The notes under the pieces are model-generated. The model did not search any database, had not been told where the DNA came from, and saw only the letters and a program-made list of their open reading frames with translations. Made by a program: the position numbers and the translations under genes. Below are positions 51,901 through 60,900 of a DNA stretch of 64,000 bases, piece after piece. The stretch's first letter is position 1. Each line of letters begins with the position of its first letter. The DNA comes from Phoronis australis (taxonomy: Eukaryota; Animalia; Phoronida): positions 124,001-188,000 of the forward strand of contig NMRA01000119.1 of assembly GCA_002633005.1 (NCBI GenBank). The letters are read 5' to 3'.

Positions 51901-54900
51901 ACGATCGGCTAACCTTAAAATCCAACTGCTGCCTGGTGGTTTGGTAATTGGCTCAATTTTGTTGCACTCCCAGTAGAGTTAATGAGGAACATATTATGGC
52001 AACATTAAACATTTTTGGTCGTAAAAGTCACATTTCTTGTCCGATTTACAAATTTCTATTGTGTGTACTTTTCACAAACTATTCAAATACTATGTGTTTA
52101 TGGTGGATCTGATAAACGATAACATCAGCGGTCTAAGGCGGTGTTAGTAAGTTACCAGCATGGTGTCTTTGATCAATGCGACAGTTGCTAAAGCGAGTAA
52201 GAAATTTTTAAGTCAGCGAAAATTAACAAAATTTTGAAACGGTTCTGTTTTTGTGCACTGGCACCTGAAGTGGCTAGCAACCAATAAAAGAGCAACTATG
52301 TTACAGATCAATGTTAAAAATTGGAGTTACCAACTCATAATTTTAGCTTTAAATAAGTGCAAATTCTCTGTTAAATTTGATTTCCAACATTACATATTGT
52401 ACGGTGTGGTAATAAATAGTTCAGTGAATTTCCTGTGCATCGTCACCATGGCTTGTGTCAGAAAATGCTGTGAGAAGAGCATTTTTGACAAGTCATGTTT
52501 TAATGGACCGAAGTAAATATTTTATTATAAATCTTGAACAGGTGTGGAAATATAGATAACAAGCATTTTTAAGTCTGGTCTGCACACCACCTGTTGGCCA
52601 CATCGTGTGACCTAATAAACACAAATTATTTAAAGTAAGTGTTGTTTAAAATTGCTAGTATCAGTTGTCAAGGCAAGATCATGATTTACAGGTGCCCAGA
52701 AGTTATTTGGAATTGGAGAAATTGATCAAGGGCGAGGCTGAACGACGACGGGTGAACAACATCATACCTGTAATTCTAGCAGACGACTTCGAAGAGCTTG
52801 TCTTTCAAAACCAAATTGTCAAGAGTGACATAGACTCTCCTGAGGAACTTGAACTAGGCAAGGATACGTTTTGGCTCAGTTTTATTTTTCCTGCTTTTTG
52901 CTACAGAAATTACTTAGGGCTGTTCCAGCAAAATCTGTATGGGAGGGGGGGGGGGCGGCAGTTGAAATAAGAATTCATGGGTGGTGGTCTTCAGAAAAAA
53001 ACTCAAATTATGGGTGGTCGATGTTGACAGGTTTATATTTTCAGTCAATCACATCTCAAAAGAAATCAAAACTCACCAAAAATTAACTTTGGAAAATACC
53101 CAAACATATCCCAAAACAATAATCAAACCAAAGTTGCCAGTGTACAGAGTGCAATATGTACACTATGCCATTACTCAAGTCATGGGCAACTTAATTACAA
53201 GCACGTGATGTACTGCAATCATATTAGAATGAAAATTTCTGCAACACTAAACTGGTATTGACACATATAAGAAAATTGATGATTTTTAAATAGAAAGTAT
53301 GAGGAGTCAGGTTGACAAATTCCAATATTCACTTGACATAGCAGTCTAAAAGTGTTCCTGGAGACAGTTTGAGATTCACAGAGTGAAATTGAAAATTCTT
53401 AGTAAAATTACAGACACATGGTGAACAGGGACACCTGGTGGCTTCCAAAAGTATTGCTCACAGGTGTCTTTGAAAAGCAAGTTTCTGGTAACTGATATGA
53501 GTTGTGATCTCACATGGAATTTTTCTGTACCCACAAAAACTTTGTGGTCCGTCCGTCTGTTATTATCATTTCTTATCCACCAATTATCTCAAGAACCGCT
53601 TGGCAAATCATGATGAAATTTGGTAGAGGTACTTGGCAAGGATGCGCCTGCACCAGTCGATTTCTGAGCAGATTTGGCAACCTTGGTACCCCATGTTGGT
53701 CGCTTAAGTTTTCGACAAGCCATTCCTTGTATGTTGATTATCTCAAAAACTGTTTCACTGATCACGATGAAATTCGAAATGTGCCAGCACCATTCAATTT
53801 TTGGATGCTGAATTCAACCTTGAACTACTGTGGCACTCCATTAGTTTTTGACAAGACAGGTTCATTATCTCAAAAAGTGCTAGGCACAACTGAAAATTTG
53901 GCATAAAAATGTATGGCAGGGATGGATGTATTGACAGAAGTCATTTTTGTTTTGATTCGATCGCCCTCTTGGCTACTTTAGTTTTTGACAATATTGGACA
54001 AGACAACTAGTTCTTGTCTGTCGATCATCTAGTAAGTTCTTAACAGGTCCTCCTGGAGACAATTTGTTTGCAAGTGTTGGATAATATATAATTAACCTAT
54101 TAATTAAAAAATTATGGGTCATGGGTTGGAGAAATAAATGAAAATATGGGCGGTGGGTACAAAATAAAAGTGCCTTACCCCCTCCCATACATTTTTTGTT
54201 GGAACAGCCCTTAAAGAAATCGAAAGCTTTTTGGACAATTTTCACGTTGCTTTCTGGATTGCAAAATGCTATGACAGAAATCTGTACAAGAAAAAGTTAA
54301 AAAATGGCTATCTACGCAGTCACTCTATCCTCTGTTCTTGGTATTTCCTTTGATTTGAACTCAATTATTATATTGATAATAAAAAGTTCAGTTTGTGCTA
54401 TCAGCTGGAATCTCGTATAGCTGTATTATTTTTTTATAAACTTTTTTTCCCGTCTGTGTCTCTGACGCTTACTCTTACATTATCAGACCATTTTATTCCC
54501 CTTCTTGAAAAACTGGTCGCAGAATCCACGATGGTGTTTCGTCTGAATTCTGTGTGAAGCCACCCCTTTCTTGTGGAGGTTAGTCTCAGTCAGAATGAAG
54601 AGAAAAAATTAATAGAGTCGACCAATAGGTTTCAGCTGCCAATAGATATTTTTAAGCATGTTTTAAATCGCATGTTTGGAATATTTATTGTGAAGCGCTA
54701 CAATAGAAAGTGTTCAGTCGATTATTATTATTGTTATTGTTATTGCTATTGCTATAATTAATTGTTATTTTTGTAAGAAAATTGATTGTGTAATGTTTAC
54801 GTATCACTTTTTTCAGCGGCCCAGTTCTTGCATGAGTCTGGCGCACTGCTGCATTTCGCTGATCAACTGCGGTCGCTCAACACCCTTTATATCATTGAGC

Positions 54901-57900
54901 CACGATGGTTGTGTGAACTGCTGAGTAAAGTGGTCACTGCTTCTGTAAGTATGCTTTTTATACACTCATCGACATGCTTGTGCACAATACAGTAAAATGT
55001 TTTGAGTTTTGTTAATTTTTAATTTATCAGAAGTGAAGCAGTTGTAATCAGCATTGTGTACATTCGTGTAAAGACCCAATTCACGCGGCGGACATTAAAA
55101 TCCAAAGCGAGGCTCACTGCGATAAACAAAGCAAAAGAGTAGACATTGTTTTAGTTAAATAGCCGGTCTTTCGAGTCCAACCTGGATATTAAATTTTAAT
55201 GATGGGTCGACAATTAACCACAGAGACGTAGAAAATTACATTAGAGAACAAGTTAAGGCGCCAAAGAGTTGTCTGACGAAAGGGTTAAATTTTTTTCGGA
55301 AAACTAGGTTTGAAACATGAAAAGTAAATATGATGAATTGCGGCGATCGTATTGTTACGGATTAAGTATTATGCTGAATGCAGGGTTACGTTTTTTCTTG
55401 TAAATTGTTGATCAAAATACTTTCTACGCGAACCAGGTCATCTGTTCGTATTGTTGATGAGTTATAGACATATTCGACAGTGGTGGCTGTCATGTGCAAT
55501 TAGTCACATCTGGTTTTAATTTGTTGATCAAGAATATTAATATCAAGCATAGCCTGATCCTATGAACTCACTGGGACTAAGAGTTGATTTGTCATTGATC
55601 TGAAAGAATAATTGATGTTACTAAATGTATTTTTATTAAAATAAAAACCAGGCTCATAATTGAAAAAAAAATTATTTGACCATTAATTCTGCTTTCTTGG
55701 TTGTAATAATTCTTACGTCTATTTCTTGTGATTTCAAATATCAATCTGGCCAAGTTGAATTTTAAAATTAAAGCACCTAATTTGTTCGTCCAAAACATAA
55801 CCTCGTTTTAGAACTCAATTTCAGTTAACTGGACAATGCAATCATAGTTATCATGTTTCTGCAGGAGCCTCGTTCATCCGAGGGGAAAGGTGCCAGTGCC
55901 TACTGAGAGGCGATTTTTTCGCCGAGTGAGGGCGGGAACAATCTACCNAAACGGCTGTAACGTGCAAGGTGAGTGCGCTCGCAGAGTCACATCTCGGAAG
56001 TTTCCGGTTTGACGGATGACAAAGAACGATCTCAATGAAATTACACAAAGTCGTTTTAGAGCTTGTAATAGCTATACAAAACGTATTTTGAGTATTAAAA
56101 TGCATTTTTTCCAAAACCTAAATAACACACGGAGTAGTTCTACATTTATACAATCCTAACTTGGGTCCTATATTTTTGTATTCGTGCGCGCCGAATGAAA
56201 GTAATCGTGAGTGTTTCTGTGTTGCAAAATCTCTTATCCTGGGCCGATTTGAAAAATTCAAAGTTGTATTCGTATTTGTTTTCGCTCCTCTTTTCAAATA
56301 TTACAGTAAAAACTACGTAAAATTCTCTCCATAAAAAGTACAGTTGTTAGGCTAGACTGTAATCAGCTGAGCATATCCGCATGAGCGAAGTCAATTATCC
56401 TTGCTCGTGACTCTATGAATAGAGCAGCTTGGCGGCATCCCTTTGAGCATGAGCCGTGCGCGTCTCAGCCAAGGTGGATAAATACGGTCTAGTTCAATTT
56501 TCCATACCCCGCCGTTTACCTTAAACACCGGGGTTAGAACCAATTTTATTTAGTGGGAATGTTCATAGCATGTGTTGGAGAAATAAATGAAAAATATTGG
56601 CGGTGGGTACAAAATAAAAGTGCCTTATCCCCTCCCATACATTTTTTGTTGGAACAGCCCTTAAAGAAATCGAAAGCTTTTTGGACAATTTTCACGTTGC
56701 TTTCTGGATTGCAAAATGCTATGACAGAAATCTGTACATTCAAGAAAAAGTTTAAAAAATGGCTACCTATGCAGTCACTTTATCCTCTGTTCTCGGTATT
56801 TCCTTTGATTTGAATTCAATTATTATTTTATAATAATAATAAGTTCAGTTTGTGCTGTCAGCTGGAATCTCGTATAGCTATTAATATTATTTTGTTAAAC
56901 TTTTTTTCACGTCTGTTTCTCTGACGCTTACTCTTACATTATTAGACCATCTTATTCCCCTTCTTGAAAAGCTGGTCGCAGAATCCACGATGGTGTTTCG
57001 TCTGAATTCTGTGTGAAGCCACCCCTTCCTTGTGGAGGTTAGTCTCAAATCAGAATGAAGAGAAAAAATTAATAAAGTCGACCAATAGGTTTCAGCTGCC
57101 AATAGATATTTTTAAGCATGTTTTAAATCACATGTTTGGAATATCTAGAAAGTTCTCAGTCGATTATTATTATTATTATTGTTATTGCTATTGCAATAAG
57201 TAATTGTTATTTTCTTAAGAAAAGTGATTGTGTAATGTTCCCGTATCACTTTTTCAGCGGCCCAGTTCTTGCATGAGTCTGGCGCATTGCTGCATTTCGC
57301 TGATCAACTGCGGTCGCTCAACACCCTTTATATCATTGAGCCACGATGGTTGTGTGAACTGCTGAGTAAAGTGGTCACTGCTTCTGTAAGTACGCTTTTT
57401 ATACACTCTCGACACGCTTGTGCACAATACAGTAAAATGTTTTGAGTTTTGTTAATTTTTAATTTATCAGAAGGTAAGCAGTTGTAATCAGCATTGTATA
57501 CATTAATTTTGTGTATACTTTGGTTTGAGATGTATTCTGACTCTTACTACCGTGCAGAACCAGAAGCACCTAGTTAAGAATGGCATATTGCCATACGATG
57601 ACGCCAAAACTCTGTTCAACGATGCCAGGTTTCCATTGGATCACCTTGATCAGTACATCCAACTGATGGAGAGATTTGATATTGCCTACCTGCTGAATAA
57701 GAAGCAGGGAAAGAGGTGGGTGTTGTGTATCTTACTTTGTCAAATAAAGTAGACACTCCATTAACTACGCAGTGAAACGAACAGAATTGAACTGAACACT
57801 GAACTGATTTATTCTGCATATCACAACTCAATATATCAGGGCTTGGAATTTTCCGCGGAAACGCGGATTTCCGCTTTTTTCAAATGTGCTTTCTGCTTTT

Positions 57901-60900
57901 TTTATAATATTTCCGCGTAAAAAAATCTGATTTGATATAAAATTTCCACGGCAAATTCCTTTCTTGCCGCGGCGTTGCAGACAACGTTCACCTCGAAAAG
58001 CGGAAGTTGCTCTTTATGTTTCGGAGGAAAGGAAATTGTCAACATTGCCGGGGCATCTGGGACAGCGTGGTGGGATTTTCAATGGCTTCTCGTGTTATTG
58101 TTAAAAATGTGTGGGTTGGGAGTGGACGGCTGATCTAAAAGGACGCAGACGCATGCTACTGATGGTGGTAACGTTTTTTTTAGTCCTCCCGACTTTTGTC
58201 GGGGAAAGGTTCACATTTCAAGGCTGGTTATCGGGCATGAATTGGTCCGTAAAAGTTTCAAAGTTTCCGCGTTTTTTGTCATTGGTCATTCCAAGCCCTG
58301 ATATATACACACAACTACATAACAACATATGATGCGTTACCTATGACACACCTCCTATACTAGGAATCGCATGACATAATACCTTTAAACTACTTAACTC
58401 ATAAACAATAACAACCTACAAACATCCTGTTATTGTGTGACTAAGTGGGTGTTGGGGACAACAACGCATAGAAAATGTAGTGTATATTATGTCAGTTATG
58501 AAGCAGGTCTGGTGAAGTGGAACAAAATATATTATATGCGCTAACTGCGAAGCGATACCGAAGCTAGTTTACAGTGAAACAACACGTGTAGTTGAGATAA
58601 AAGGTCATATATATTATGACAAACTTAACTACTACAGATATCAGTAATTACAAAAGTTATATAACATGTTGAACTGTAAAGGTGGGTGACAATGTGCCAC
58701 AGATGCAGCAGAAGGATGCATCCGCCCACCCAAGGGAGAGCGAGCGAGGCTGAGGAAAAGTAGCATAAAACGGGGGCAAGGTAATGTCAGCCTTGGTAGT
58801 AGTTACTAACTAAAGTCAACCTCTTTAGGTATCTCAAAATGGTGTGCTTGTGCTTCGTATGTCAGAGTTATTGGAAAGTGGCTTTTAATTTGGAAGTATT
58901 ACCTTCCACCTGCAGAGGTTAACAATCCCTGCATGTCGCCCTACAAAATGATGGGGCAATGGGAACTAAAGGAGTAAATGATTGTGCTCATAAATCTGTC
59001 GGCATATTTCTGGGGTAGAAGATTTGACCAAATGTGAGCATTTTGACCTTTTGCTTACTGTCTCATCATTGATGGAGACTGGAATTTTTTGTTTTCTGTT
59101 ATAAATCTCTCATTTGTAGGCAGTAGCATTAAATTGTAATTAAAGAAACTATAATCCTCAATTTGATAACATTTGTTCAGTGCTGAAAAACAATACACAA
59201 AGTCATACTTTTCACTTAAAATTTTAGTTCCTACCATGTCACTGAATCTGGTCATAATAACCAAACAAGGGGAATTAATCTTGTTGAAGCTAACTATAAA
59301 TTCCATTCAGTGGGTGGTGTTATGCGTAATTATCGTTTTCTGGCATAGCGGTTACGTAATGAAATATGCCTTGTCGCCAGACGGGATCGGGCAGTTGGTG
59401 GTCAGCATTTTGTATTCTTGTATGGATTTATTGCATTGAAATATTTCTTTGCATTTTAAGGCTTTTTGACCAACATGCCTTCAAAATGCCACGGCACTTC
59501 TGCGGGTTTGGATATTCAAACGATTCACATAAAAAAGTCTCGAACTGTCCGTGAATGAAAGAAATTGCATTTCAGCTGTGTCGACTGCTTGTTTTGAACT
59601 CCAGAATTAGCAATTGGTTCAAGCAAAAGGTTCTTTTGTGCTCTTGCAATGCTAACGAGTTGTTTGTAGAGTGTACTTTGCTATAGGGAACCCTTACTCA
59701 GGGTACTGAGCAAAAAGTTCCACCCCAAAACGAAATCTAAGACTTTAGTTTTTCGAACAAGCCGTTGTGTGTGGCTTGAAAGCATCACCAGTTCGCTGTG
59801 ACAACCTATTGCTATAGTTGAACCATATGCTTTCACTCACTACAGAATTCTAACTCAGTATGAACCACACAGTCAAGTTAAAGCCGCAGCTGCTTAAGTG
59901 TTACGCTCTTGTCCAAAGGTTTGATGTTTCTTTCGTGTAAATTAAAGCTCACTGTTGCATGTTGTAGCCTTCTGATCCCCACACGTCTTCCTGAGGAGCG
60001 GCCAGGCATCCTGTCACGGTCTGAGAGAGAGGTGGAAGGACGCATCATGCGTTTATATAAGATGGCCTACATCCCTACTGGTTTTTGGAGCCGACTGATC
60101 ACACGACTGTTAGTCAGCCTTAAACGCGAGGAGGTCACGCCAGTTGCGCCACAGAAGTCCAATCGCACGATGGGCAGGTCTTCTTCAGTGTAAGTTGGGT
60201 GCTTGCACTGTGTGTGTGTGGGTGTGTGTGTGTGTGTGGGTGTGGGTGTGTGTGTGTTTGTGTTTGCTGGGTTATAGTGTTAACGGGTGTAAATTAAAAG
60301 CTATATTGTGGTGGAACTGGAGTCTAGCTGTCTGACAGTAAGAGTAACAAGGGTGTTTGCTCTCTGATCACGTGCCTCACACCAAAATGAAAGTTACTTT
60401 GATTTTAGTTGTTTTACTGTTGTACTAGAGTTATCTTACAACAGCACTGTAGAATAACTGTTCACTTTATCAATTTGTTGTGTCATTAGCTATTTTAGTA
60501 GCCTTGTGTACAATAGACGCTCGTTAATACCACCAGACTGGGTCTTTTTTAGTTGGCGAGAACATTTTTTACTTGCCTTGATTGGATGGCAGCAAGTACA
60601 TAGATCTTATTGTGACTGTTTATAGTTTTCGAATTATATGTTGTTCCAATAGCAGTCTTAGTTTGAAGGTGCATACTGAACAAAATGAGCTGAAATGCCT
60701 AATACCGTAACTATGTGTTTGGACTAAAACACTGAGTTTCTTGGAATTTTTGTACAGCCGAAGGCCATCGTCTAAGTTCCGTCTTCGAGACAGGGACACG
60801 ATCTTCTGGCGCGAGGGAATCAAGATTGACCATGCCTCCGGTTACGTGCTCGTGGAAACAGCAGAGAAAACCTCGATATCTGATCACAAGGTGAGGGGCG

